NCBI GenBank assembly: GCA_963701295.1
Contig: OY969585.1
Span: 576,001 to 640,000 of the forward strand
DNA length: 64,000 nt
Origin: Ignavibacteriota bacterium
GTDB lineage: Bacteria > Bacteroidota > Ignavibacteria > UBA10030
Reading direction: 5' to 3'
Below the pieces are notes generated by a model, which did no database searches, was not told the DNA's origin, and saw nothing but the letters and a program-made list of their open reading frames with translations. Shown one piece after another: positions 35,764 through 45,156 of this stretch (within the stretch, counting starts at the first letter, position 1; each line of letters opens with the position of its first letter). The position numbers were made by a program, and so were the translations under genes.

Positions 35764-38343
35764 TTATTCATTATAACTATCTGCCAAGCTGATGATCTTT
35801 AATGATCGTTCAAATTCATCTTGTTGAAGCTGTGTCGTTACTGTTACTATCTTTGGGATTCCGGAAATCAGGTCAAAATAATTATCATCAAAGAATCCAT
35901 TCGTATCGCTGCATGTGAGATAAACATTTTTTGCCAGTGTATTCGCTGTCAATTCTATTGTAAATCCTGAAGTTGTCTTTGTGATGTGTTTCATGAATTT
36001 TGGATGTTTGAGATCAAGATCCTTAGGAGATCTAAAATAGGAAATGTTTTCCGCAACCAGAGTATTTCCCTGTTCCAAACGGCAGAAAAGCACGAGGCGA
36101 GTTTCATCGGAACCAGATATAAGCTGCGATAGTGAGAGAGTTGCAGCAATTTCTGAATGGTTTGGCTTCACACTCACAGGCATTGAATGGTGAGATACGA
36201 TCTTTCCTTCAAAATCCAGAACAGCTATATCAAGCAGGGCATTGATGTTCTCCACTTTATCTGATACAAGATGAATCTTGACATTATCCTCTGACAGCAC
36301 AGGTGAAATGAGAACCGATGCATAAGAATTTTTCACTGTATAATGAAGCGCCTTCCATCGTCCATAATAGTCGATGCTTGACCACGAAGCAACTGGCCAG
36401 CAATCATCGATTTGCCAATATAAACTTCCCATACAGAACGGCATTGCACGGCGATGCGCTTCCATTGCCACCTTTACACCTTCTGCCTGCAGCACTTGAC
36501 TTACATAAATGTATGATTCAAAATCTTTCGGTGCACGATACCATTGATCCATATACCATTGAATCAACCGATTCCCATACTCTTTGTCGCGCCGCTCATC
36601 TGCCATACAACGCTGATGAGAGAGCATGACATCAGAATGAAGCGTTCTGTCTTCCGGTTGTGCATACTGAGCAATCGTCGATAATTCTGGGTACGATTGA
36701 AATCCATACTCACTCACAAAGCGGGCAAGGTTGGAAGGATAGCGTTCAAACGGCTCCTTGCCATGCCACACTCCCCAATAATGAATATCGCCTTCACTTG
36801 CTGCGATATTTTTGAATCCTGCAGCAGGACTAGTGGGATGATAGTATCGAGTTGAATCCGCCTCATGTAGAGCTGAAGGTATTACTTCGTAAAATAGTTT
36901 TTTTGCATCATGCTCAAAGGCGCGTTGTGCCTCTTCATTATATTTTTCTTTCCATCCCCATTGGAACCAAGCAGCTTCATTCTCGTTATTTCCGCAATAG
37001 AGCGCAATGCAGGGATGATTACGAATACGAGTAACATTATCAATGACTTCCTGCCGAACACTTTCTATAAACTTTTCGTCACATGGATACATGGCACAGG
37101 CAAAGATCATTTCTTGCCAAATAAGAATTCCATATCGGTCGCACATTTTATAGAACTGATCGTCCTCGTAAATTCCTCCTCCCCAAACACGCAGCATATT
37201 TATGTTCGCTTCTGCTGCAGAGCGGATAATATGTTCGTATCGTTCTTTTGTTACTCTGTTTTGAAAATTATCTTGTGGAATATAATTTGCACCTTTCATA
37301 AACACAGGAATTCCATTGAGACAAACCGTCATGCTTCTCCCTAGAGAATCTTTTTCACGGACTACTTCAATAGATCGAATGCCAATTTCCGTCGAATAAA
37401 TATCCTGATGTCCAGAATCATCCTTTATGGTTATTTGATACGTGTAAAGTTTTTGTGCACCTAATCCATTCGTCCACCAGAGCTGTGGATTGGCAAGATG
37501 GGCACTGAGTTCTATCTGATTTATTCCCGGTTTAAGATGAAGTGTTTCCGTCAACAAATTGAGACTGTCCATGGCAACAGAGGCAGAAAGCTTTTGTTCT
37601 TTCCGAGAAAGAATATGTACTGCGGAAAGAATATCGGCACCGGATACGGAAACATTCTTTTGCTGAATATGAACGTCCTGTATTTTAAATTCACTCCACG
37701 CTTCTAAATAGATCGGACGCCATATACCGCACGTAATCAAGCGCGGACCCCAGTCCCACCCGTAATGAAACTGCGCTTTACGGGAATACATGGCAATCTT
37801 TACATCTGCTTGATCATTATTGGGAAATGCCTGAAGTTCAAAAGGAGCAGCCTTATACTTCGGCATATTTTCATCAAAGACATTTCTAAATCGAATTTCA
37901 ATATGATTCCCTTTCTCTCGTAAGAGACTGCAGCAATTGAACCTCCACGTACGAAACATGTTGTTTGCTTTTAGGACAAGCGAATCGTTCAGAGTCACCT
38001 CTGCATAGGTATCCAGTCCTTCGAAGACAAGTTCAACGACATCTTTACTTAAAATTTCTGCCGGTACGTTAAAAGTTGTTTCATAGATCCAATTCTTCTC
38101 ACCAATCCATTGCAGCGATTGTTCGTTTGTGCCAATAAATGGATCTGGTATCAAATTATTTCTCATCAGATCAGTATGTACACAGCCCGGCACTTCCGCT
38201 GGATACCATTGCCCAGTATTTTCCTGTTTAAATTTCCAATGTTCTTGAATCCTGATTTTCATCTTATTTTCAGCGTTCGTAGAATATATGCTTTGGAAAA
38301 TAAGCATACCCGCCATACAGGTTAGAATATGAAAGTGTTTCAT
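35764..38343 (-). CDS. Beta-mannosidase (GH2)
   Basis: VPGCVHTDL, RKAQFHYGWDWGP, KGANYIP, RVWGGGIYE, CGNNENE, FVSEYGFQS, YWQIDDCWP. Confidence 0.95.
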   Translation of the reverse strand: MKHFHILTCMAGMLIFQSIYSTNAENKMKIRIQEHWKFKQENTGQWYPAEVPGCVHTDLMRNNLIPDPFIGTNEQSLQWIGEKNWIYETTFNVPAEILSKDVVELVFEGLDTYAEVTLNDSLVLKANNMFRTWRFNCCSLLREKGNHIEIRFRNVFDENMPKYKAAPFELQAFPNNDQADVKIAMYSRKAQFHYGWDWGPRLITCGIWRPIYLEAWSEFKIQDVHIQQKNVSVSGADILSAVHILSRKEQKLSASVAMDSLNLLTETLHLKPGINQIELSAHLANPQLWWTNGLGAQKLYTYQITIKDDSGHQDIYSTEIGIRSIEVVREKDSLGRSMTVCLNGIPVFMKGANYIPQDNFQNRVTKERYEHIIRSAAEANINMLRVWGGGIYEDDQFYKMCDRYGILIWQEMIFACAMYPCDEKFIESVRQEVIDNVTRIRNHPCIALYCGNNENEAAWFQWGWKEKYNEEAQRAFEHDAKKLFYEVIPSALHEADSTRYYHPTSPAAGFKNIAASEGDIHYWGVWHGKEPFERYPSNLARFVSEYGFQSYPELSTIAQYAQPEDRTLHSDVMLSHQRCMADERRDKEYGNRLIQWYMDQWYRAPKDFESYIYVSQVLQAEGVKVAMEAHRRAMPFCMGSLYWQIDDCWPVASWSSIDYYGRWKALHYTVKNSYASVLISPVLSEDNVKIHLVSDKVENINALLDIAVLDFEGKIVSHHSMPVSVKPNHSEIAATLSLSQLISGSDETRLVLFCRLEQGNTLVAENISYFRSPKDLDLKHPKFMKHITKTTSGFTIELTANTLAKNVYLTCSDTNGFFDDNYFDLISGIPKIVTVTTQLQQDEFERSLKIISLADSYNE

Positions 38344-38458
38344 AACTCTCCGAGAATGTTAGATCGTTCATGAATTCACAGTACACATTTGAAATGCGAT
38401 CTCATTGGTACACGGTGTTTTATTCTGTAGAGAACAGTTTTGCATTTCTTTTGATTGA

Positions 38459-39802
38459 TTGTTACTATACGCTCGATCAACGACACCATACAACACTGTG
38501 AACAGAATATCACTTTTCAGTCTCTCCATCAGCGTAGCGCTATTGACGTTCGGGTTCTTGTTCGTCCATTTCACTTTTCTCCAGCCAGTCATTACATATA
38601 CTTTTGCTTTCATTGGAACATCAATCTTTTTTTGTTGGATGTGTTGGATAATTTTTCGAGTTGACCCTCCAAAGGATTATATATTCTACTGTCTTGGACT
38701 CGCTCTTTTAATCCGGTTAAGCTTTCTCACCGTCTCTCCTATCGACTCGGATGATGTGTACCGTTACATGTGGGATGGAAAAGTACAGACATCCGGACTT
38801 AATCCGTACTTGTACGCGCCCAATTCCGATTCGTTGAGTCATTTGCATACGGTTCTGCTTCCGGCTTCCGTGAACCACCCTGATATCAAAACCTTGTATT
38901 TTCCGTTCAGTGAATGGATATTCTCTCTTTGCTACCACTTGAGTGGCGAAGCAATCTGGGGATATAAGTTGATATTGTTGTTCGCTGAAATTGCAACCAT
39001 TATTGGATTAATCTTATTCACACGTCGACTTCAAATACCATCCAAGTTTGTTCTTCTTTATGCGCTCTGTCCTTTATCGCTCTTTCAATTTGCAATCGAT
39101 AGCCATCTCGATGGATTAGGTTTTCCATTTCTCATCTTTGGCGTCTTAGCATATCTTCAGAGAAAGACTATATTTGCTTCTTTTTTACTAGGTCTTTCAA
39201 TTTCGATAAAACCTGTTGGATTAGTATTGCTGCCGATATTGATCATTCACGAACAAATATGGGAAAAAAGGATACTGCTCTTGGTTATTCCAGCATTCAC
39301 CATATCATTTCAGTTTACTCCGTATCTATTGAATTCCAATCCATTAGAAGCCTTGTTCACATTTGTAAAACATTGGACATTTAATGGCGTTGTCTTTGAA
39401 TCCCTTAATCTCTATTTTTTCAATAATCAAAAAACCAGATTCATCTGCGCTCTTCTTTTTGGACTCTTTCTTTTACTCCTCTCCGTTAGCAAAAAGCCGC
39501 TCCTTGATAAATTGTATCTTTCTGTTTTGTTGCTCCTTCTTTTCTCACCCGTCGTACATCCTTGGTATGTTGCATGGCTCATGATCTTCCTGCCAATCAT
39601 GCAGCGATGGTCCGGTATTCTCTATGTTGCAACAGCAAGTTTAACCAGTCTTACTATTCTCAATTACAAACTGTTCGGTGTTTGGAAGCAAGACCTCGCG
39701 GTTTTAATAATCGAATACCTGCCGGTCATTGTATTTCTCTTCTTTGAACTCTGGACTTCTCAAAATACAGCGGCTCTGCTTGACAAAAACATGAAGGAAT
39801 AA
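38459..39802 (+). CDS. GT-C fold membrane glycosyltransferase (GT87 / alpha-mannosyltransferase-like)
   Basis: SDDVYRYMWDG, NPYLYAP, HLD, SIKP, VHPWY; many TM segments. Confidence 0.8.
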   Translation: MLLYARSTTPYNTVNRISLFSLSISVALLTFGFLFVHFTFLQPVITYTFAFIGTSIFFCWMCWIIFRVDPPKDYIFYCLGLALLIRLSFLTVSPIDSDDVYRYMWDGKVQTSGLNPYLYAPNSDSLSHLHTVLLPASVNHPDIKTLYFPFSEWIFSLCYHLSGEAIWGYKLILLFAEIATIIGLILFTRRLQIPSKFVLLYALCPLSLFQFAIDSHLDGLGFPFLIFGVLAYLQRKTIFASFLLGLSISIKPVGLVLLPILIIHEQIWEKRILLLVIPAFTISFQFTPYLLNSNPLEALFTFVKHWTFNGVVFESLNLYFFNNQKTRFICALLFGLFLLLLSVSKKPLLDKLYLSVLLLLLFSPVVHPWYVAWLMIFLPIMQRWSGILYVATASLTSLTILNYKLFGVWKQDLAVLIIEYLPVIVFLFFELWTSQNTAALLDKNMKE

Positions 39803-39886
39803 TTTCATAATACTTCTTCATCGCCGATGAAAAGAGAATTTGCTGACAACGGGTTCGCATTTTTTCAAAATGAGCAATCAGTCACA

Positions 39887-40852
39887 CTATATCTTGAGGA
39901 GCTGCTTCCACATGAGTGCAGCTGCCCCAAGAATTGCAGAATTCCCCTTAGGCAAACCCGACGGCAATAGCCGTACTTTGTTCTTAAAAATACCGAGAAG
40001 ATATTCTTCCATATACTTCTTTGTGGGGGAAAATATAAAATCTCCTGCCGCTGCTAATCCGCCAAAAAGAATAATAGCTTCCGGACTTGTATGAGCAACA
40101 GAATCTGCAAGTTTCATGCCTAGATATCGCCCTGTCAATTCAAATGCTTCCAACGCAAGTTTATCTCCGCGCTGCGCTGCTTCGAAAATGCGTTTTGATG
40201 TAATTTGCTCGAGACTGATTTCACGAAGTTCACTTGGAGGTGCAGGCATTTTGAGAAGTTCCTCGACGGTTCTCCGAATCCCGCTTGCCGAGGCGTACGT
40301 TTCCAGACATCCGCGCCGGCCGCAGCCGCACTGACGTCCGTTCGGATCGACAATGGTGTGGCCAATCTCTCCTGCAAAACCATCATGGCCGTAGATTAAT
40401 TCTCCATTTGCTACGATGCCACTGCCAAGACCTGTCCCCAACGTAATGACAATAAAATCTTTCATTCCCTTCGCTGCGCCAAATAACATCTCACCCAGTG
40501 CAGCAGCATTTGCATCATTGGTGAGGGCAATGGGAATGGAATACCAGCGGTGTAATGTTGCAACAACATCGACATATTTCCAGCTCAAATTTGGCGGCTG
40601 TTCGATTGTGCCCTTATAATAGTTGCCATTGGGAGCACCCAAACCGATACCTGCAAGTTTCAGTTGATCTTTTTTTGAATTAAAAAGATCTTCTGCCTGA
40701 GTATGAAGCCGCTCAAAGAATTCTTCAGCCGGCTGATGCGCTTCAGTCAGCATCTCTCCCTCCGCGAGAAGATTTCCGCTCTTATCGACATAGCCAAATT
40801 TCGTGTTGGTGCCGCCGATATCAACGCCAAGTACTACCTCTTTCTGATTCAT
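39887..40852 (-). CDS. ROK-family sugar kinase (glucokinase/mannokinase)
   Basis: GVDIGGT, NDANAAALGE, TLGTGLGSG, GEIGH, CGCGRRGCLETYAS. Confidence 0.93.
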   Translation of the reverse strand: MNQKEVVLGVDIGGTNTKFGYVDKSGNLLAEGEMLTEAHQPAEEFFERLHTQAEDLFNSKKDQLKLAGIGLGAPNGNYYKGTIEQPPNLSWKYVDVVATLHRWYSIPIALTNDANAAALGEMLFGAAKGMKDFIVITLGTGLGSGIVANGELIYGHDGFAGEIGHTIVDPNGRQCGCGRRGCLETYASASGIRRTVEELLKMPAPPSELREISLEQITSKRIFEAAQRGDKLALEAFELTGRYLGMKLADSVAHTSPEAIILFGGLAAAGDFIFSPTKKYMEEYLLGIFKNKVRLLPSGLPKGNSAILGAAALMWKQLLKI

Positions 40853-40854
40853 AC

Positions 40855-42306
40855 TTATCCTTTTTTATATGCGGGAATATGTCCCTTAATCCCGTAGAAC
40901 GCCAGGTAGATATAACAAACAATCGGTATAAAAAAAGACGCATGATAACCACCCATCATGTCGGCAAACCAACCCTGTGCTAGGGGGACAAGTGCGCCGC
41001 CGAGGATCATCATAACGAGAAGCGACGAACCCTGCGATGTATGCTGACCAAGGTCTTTAATGGCGAGGGTAAAGATATTAGACCACATGATGGAGTTGAA
41101 CAGGCCAACGGCGATCACCGTCCAGAGCGCAACATATCCTCCGGTAAATGTCGTCACAACCAGCAGGCAGATGATGATGAGTGAAAAAACAAGCAGTGTC
41201 CTGGCGGCGTGCGATTTCCCGATAATGAATCCGATGAATTGAATTGTCATGAACCCAAGGTACGGCAGCGTTGAGACCACCGAGAATTTTTCTCCGCTCT
41301 GAGTACTCTCGAAGAGGACGATGCCGGAGATGAGACCATAGATGACAAGTGCCGACAATGCCATTTTCAAGTACATTGTTCCCGTACTCTTATTATCACC
41401 AAGTGAAATTGAACCCAGGAACCGTCCGATCATAAGCCCACCCCAGTAATATGCCAGGAACGATTTGGCATTGATTTCCGCCAGCCCGGCCACCTCTTTT
41501 GCATAGTTGATAAAAAGACTGCCGATACTCACCTCTGCACCAACGTAAACGAAAATCGCAATCATACCAAGCACGAGATGGGGATACCTGAGGGCTCCGA
41601 TTCCTTTTTCGATTTTTTCAGTGCTGATGAATTGCGGCAGGTGGGTGAATTTAACAACAACAGCCAGTAAGATAAAAATTGCCGCAAATACTAAATATGG
41701 TAATTGAACGCCCATTGCAGTCATTGACAATCCTTGATCGGTTAGAACCTGCTGACCGGCAGTATTAAGTAATGGAGTACCAATTTTTGCAAAGAAGTGA
41801 AATACAAGATACCCGCCGATGATAGGTGCAATTGTTGTACCTAGAGAGTTCCACGCTTGTGCGAGATTGAGACGGCTCGATGCGGTCTCCGGTTTTCCGA
41901 GAAGTGCTACATAAGGATTAGCCGCTATCTGCAGCAAGGTAAATCCGATCCCGAGAATGAAGAGCAGCCCGAGAAACATACCATATACTTTGATATCTGC
42001 CGCAGGATAAAATCCGGCACAAGCAGCGGCAGAGATTAAAAGACCAAGGATAATACCGTTCTTATATCCCATTTTGCTCATGGGGTCTCCCCAGAGTACC
42101 GAAATAATGAAATAAATGACCGATCCGATAAAATATGCGCCGAAAAATGTGAACTGTACAAACATCGATTGGTAACGGTTCAGCTCGAACATTTTTTTAA
42201 GAAAAGGAATAAGAATATCGTTGAGCACCGTAATAAATCCCCACATAAAGAAAAGCGATGTGAGGACAACGAGCGCTGAAGTATATTTCGGAGATTTTTC
42301 TGCCAT
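40855..42306 (-). CDS. MFS sugar:H+ symporter (GluP/FucP family)
   Basis: LFFMWGFITVLNDILIP, LQIAANPYV, RLNLAQA, YVGAEV, NSIMWSNIFTLA. Confidence 0.93.
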   Translation of the reverse strand: MAEKSPKYTSALVVLTSLFFMWGFITVLNDILIPFLKKMFELNRYQSMFVQFTFFGAYFIGSVIYFIISVLWGDPMSKMGYKNGIILGLLISAAACAGFYPAADIKVYGMFLGLLFILGIGFTLLQIAANPYVALLGKPETASSRLNLAQAWNSLGTTIAPIIGGYLVFHFFAKIGTPLLNTAGQQVLTDQGLSMTAMGVQLPYLVFAAIFILLAVVVKFTHLPQFISTEKIEKGIGALRYPHLVLGMIAIFVYVGAEVSIGSLFINYAKEVAGLAEINAKSFLAYYWGGLMIGRFLGSISLGDNKSTGTMYLKMALSALVIYGLISGIVLFESTQSGEKFSVVSTLPYLGFMTIQFIGFIIGKSHAARTLLVFSLIIICLLVVTTFTGGYVALWTVIAVGLFNSIMWSNIFTLAIKDLGQHTSQGSSLLVMMILGGALVPLAQGWFADMMGGYHASFFIPIVCYIYLAFYGIKGHIPAYKKG

Positions 42307-42777
42307 CGTTTACCTTCCAGAAAAATGTTTAAGAACCATCGCGTCTGTCTATATTGTCTTATTCATAAGCATTATTAAAACAATAAATGGATTTCTACTA
42401 AAAAGATAGTCTAAGATATGAAAAATAATTTGACGCATGATATTGGTGGAATTTGAATACGATTCTATGTTGAACTTTTTATAAAACATACTAGTAAAGA
42501 CATGTTTATGAATTTTATTAATGGCATCATTCTTTATGGTACTACGCAATCGCTTAGCTCATAAATACGTACTAACAGCCTACGGAGACCAGCTGTTGTG
42601 CAAGCGCATTTTCTTCGCGACTGCATACAACGTGTGCGAAAACAACGCAACCCTATTTGACGTTTACGAAAAACATATTCTCAAATGGCAAACGGGATTA
42701 AGCGACAACAATCAAGTTTTTATTATAGAAGTAGCATTATTGTTTTGGTTGTTAATCGATGTGTTTACTTTGTTTTG

Positions 42778-43479
42778 TCAACTCAATCGTTTGATTTCCG
42801 TCAGGATTTCCTCGATAACTTCTGTGTTATATATTTTTTTCTTATCTTTTGCTTCCTTAACGGAGAAAATGAAGAATACCTTACCGCCGTACTTTGCTTG
42901 AAACTTCGCATGGTTGATTCTGTGCATTTCAATCCATTGGTAATCGTTGATAGATTTTCTAGCAGAGATCGGCTTCACTTGAAGTCCGATGTAAGAATTA
43001 GAGATCTTGATGAAGAAGTCAACTCCGTAAGTTCTGTCCCAATCGTCAGGAGCAGGTTCAATTTTGTGTTGCACAATCGATTGCAATTGCCCATAGATTG
43101 TCTCAATCTCGGTGCGGTAACCTTCGTAGGTTCTGTTCAGAATAAGGTTGTATGCATAGTCGATGCATTCTTCCTCTGTAATTGATTCGAGTTCGTTCTG
43201 AACAACTTCTGACAATTTGATGTATAGAGTTTGTCCAAGTCCTGTGATGAAATCCCTTGTCACGCGAATGCCATCTCTCTTCTTTTGTTTAGCAGTATTG
43301 AAATAGAAGTTCTCCCAATCCTCGAAAGTGCCTGGTGCACATGCTCTAATAAGCTCCGACGTAGTGCCGACAGACTGGGCCTTGTTTAAACCCCAACGAT
43401 TCATTCCGTAGTTAAGAAGAGTTTCTCTCTTGAACTTCAAATTCTTTCCTTCAGAGCCGAGTATCCATTCTTTATCCAT
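42778..43479 (-). CDS. MjaI-family type II restriction endonuclease
   Basis: EDWENFYF, RTYEGY, PD-(D/E)xK-like core DRTYGVDFFI...IGLQVKP; 8-bp overlap with the MTase gene. Confidence 0.8.
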   Translation of the reverse strand: MDKEWILGSEGKNLKFKRETLLNYGMNRWGLNKAQSVGTTSELIRACAPGTFEDWENFYFNTAKQKKRDGIRVTRDFITGLGQTLYIKLSEVVQNELESITEEECIDYAYNLILNRTYEGYRTEIETIYGQLQSIVQHKIEPAPDDWDRTYGVDFFIKISNSYIGLQVKPISARKSINDYQWIEMHRINHAKFQAKYGGKVFFIFSVKEAKDKKKIYNTEVIEEILTEIKRLS

Positions 43480-44770
43480 TTTGTTCCTGTAATAGTCTTA
43501 GAAATTTATCCTTCCGTATAAAATGTCTGCTTGTATCTACCAACACCCATCCGCTTTTAATGAGGTGAGCATTTATGAATGTTTTATTCTTAAGATAGAC
43601 ATAAGATAGGAGGGTTCCGTTTTCGTCGTGCTTATCCTTGTCAAACTTGAGAGAGATTTTTTGACCCCTCGTCTTCAAATTGAGAAACTCAACAGCCTGT
43701 TCTCGATGTTTTGGGTCCTCGATTACTCCGATCAGTCTAACCGTGATTCCATTGCTGAGTTTGAGAAGTTCGGGGCTCAGAACTTCTTTAACGGTGAATA
43801 GTTCAATTCTTTCACTATTGTCGCCATTCTCAATTTTCGAACCAAACTTCAACGTACGAGGATCGATTTTTTTGTCTAGTTGATGTGGATCTTTAAACTT
43901 ATAAGGTAATGATTCTATGTCTTTTGAAAAATCCTCGTCTTGTCGTTTTTGAGAAACGAATTCGTACGTGGAATCGCCAAAAATATCACGTTCGGAAATT
44001 TTCAATTTATTTTTAATGATTGGAATAAATGTTTGACTTATTTCATAGCCAACAGAATTTCGATTCAGATTTTTCGCCGCAAGGGACGTGGTTCCACTAC
44101 CAAGAAATGGATCAAGAATTGTATCGCCTACAAAGGAAAACATCCGAATCAATCGACGGGGGAGTTCCTCTGGAAACATTGCAAGATGCTTGTCTTGTCT
44201 CTCTCCAGCAAAGTTCCAGTGTCCCGAGAAGTATGTATTCCATTCATCAGTTGTGAGCTTTGAAAGTTCTTTGATCTCTTTGCTGACCTTCGGTGGATTG
44301 CCCAACTTTTTGAATATCAAAATAAATTCATAATCGATTTTTAATATACCATTTCTCGGATGAGGAAAAGAACCCATTATCGAAGCACCGCCAGTGGTAT
44401 TGGTCGTTGTAACCTTTTGCCAGATGATAGCACCCATATAGTCCATCCCAATGGTTTCACAAAACTTTGTAATTTCTGTTCTGATTGGGATAACTTTATA
44501 ACGTCCATAATAAACTGAGCGTGCGAATTGGTCACCAATGTTGACGCAAAGCCGACAACCATTTTGAAGAACTCGATAGCACTCTTTCCAAACAAGGTTA
44601 AGATTATTGATGTAGCTTTCATAAGTATCATGGAAACCTATTTGATTCTCGTTCCCATAGTCCTTGAGCTGCCAGTACGGTGGCGAAGTAATAACGAGAT
44701 GAACGGATTCGTCAGGAAGTTCCGTAATCCTTCTTGAATCACCGATTATAATTTTATGATGAGTAGCCAT
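43472..44770 (-). CDS. N4/N6 DNA methyltransferase (beta class) with C-terminal thermonuclease (SNase)-like domain
   Basis: Motif IV TSPPY precedes motif I DPFLGSGTT; HLAMFP; C-terminal TVRLIGV...LLSYVYL...FINAHLIKSG. Confidence 0.9.
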   Translation of the reverse strand: MATHHKIIIGDSRRITELPDESVHLVITSPPYWQLKDYGNENQIGFHDTYESYINNLNLVWKECYRVLQNGCRLCVNIGDQFARSVYYGRYKVIPIRTEITKFCETIGMDYMGAIIWQKVTTTNTTGGASIMGSFPHPRNGILKIDYEFILIFKKLGNPPKVSKEIKELSKLTTDEWNTYFSGHWNFAGERQDKHLAMFPEELPRRLIRMFSFVGDTILDPFLGSGTTSLAAKNLNRNSVGYEISQTFIPIIKNKLKISERDIFGDSTYEFVSQKRQDEDFSKDIESLPYKFKDPHQLDKKIDPRTLKFGSKIENGDNSERIELFTVKEVLSPELLKLSNGITVRLIGVIEDPKHREQAVEFLNLKTRGQKISLKFDKDKHDENGTLLSYVYLKNKTFINAHLIKSGWVLVDTSRHFIRKDKFLRLLQEQNG

Positions 44771-45156
44771 TTTTTATTAAAATATACATAATTTCAACTT
44801 CAGTTGCTAGTTCAATCTCACATCAAGAAGACACTACCATATTGCTTAACATCGGAAAATATAGAAACGCTCTCTTAAAAGAAAAGATTCTTCATTCGTG
44901 CTTCGTCTTTCTTAGTGCGATATTATAGGTTGGTTCTTATTCACATGGCAATTCTCCATTATTGTTCTGATATTTAATAAGACAAATTGAATGATTTAGA
45001 GAAAATTCACAAATTATTGTCAGAAGGGTCTTTTAGGAGCTGTCGCGTCTACGAGCATTATCGGGGAAAGTAATGGGAAAGCATTTGGAGGTTTGTCTAT
45101 TTACTGATGGTTTTTTATCCATTTAAACAATTGTTCAACGTGTCAGGATGTAACCC

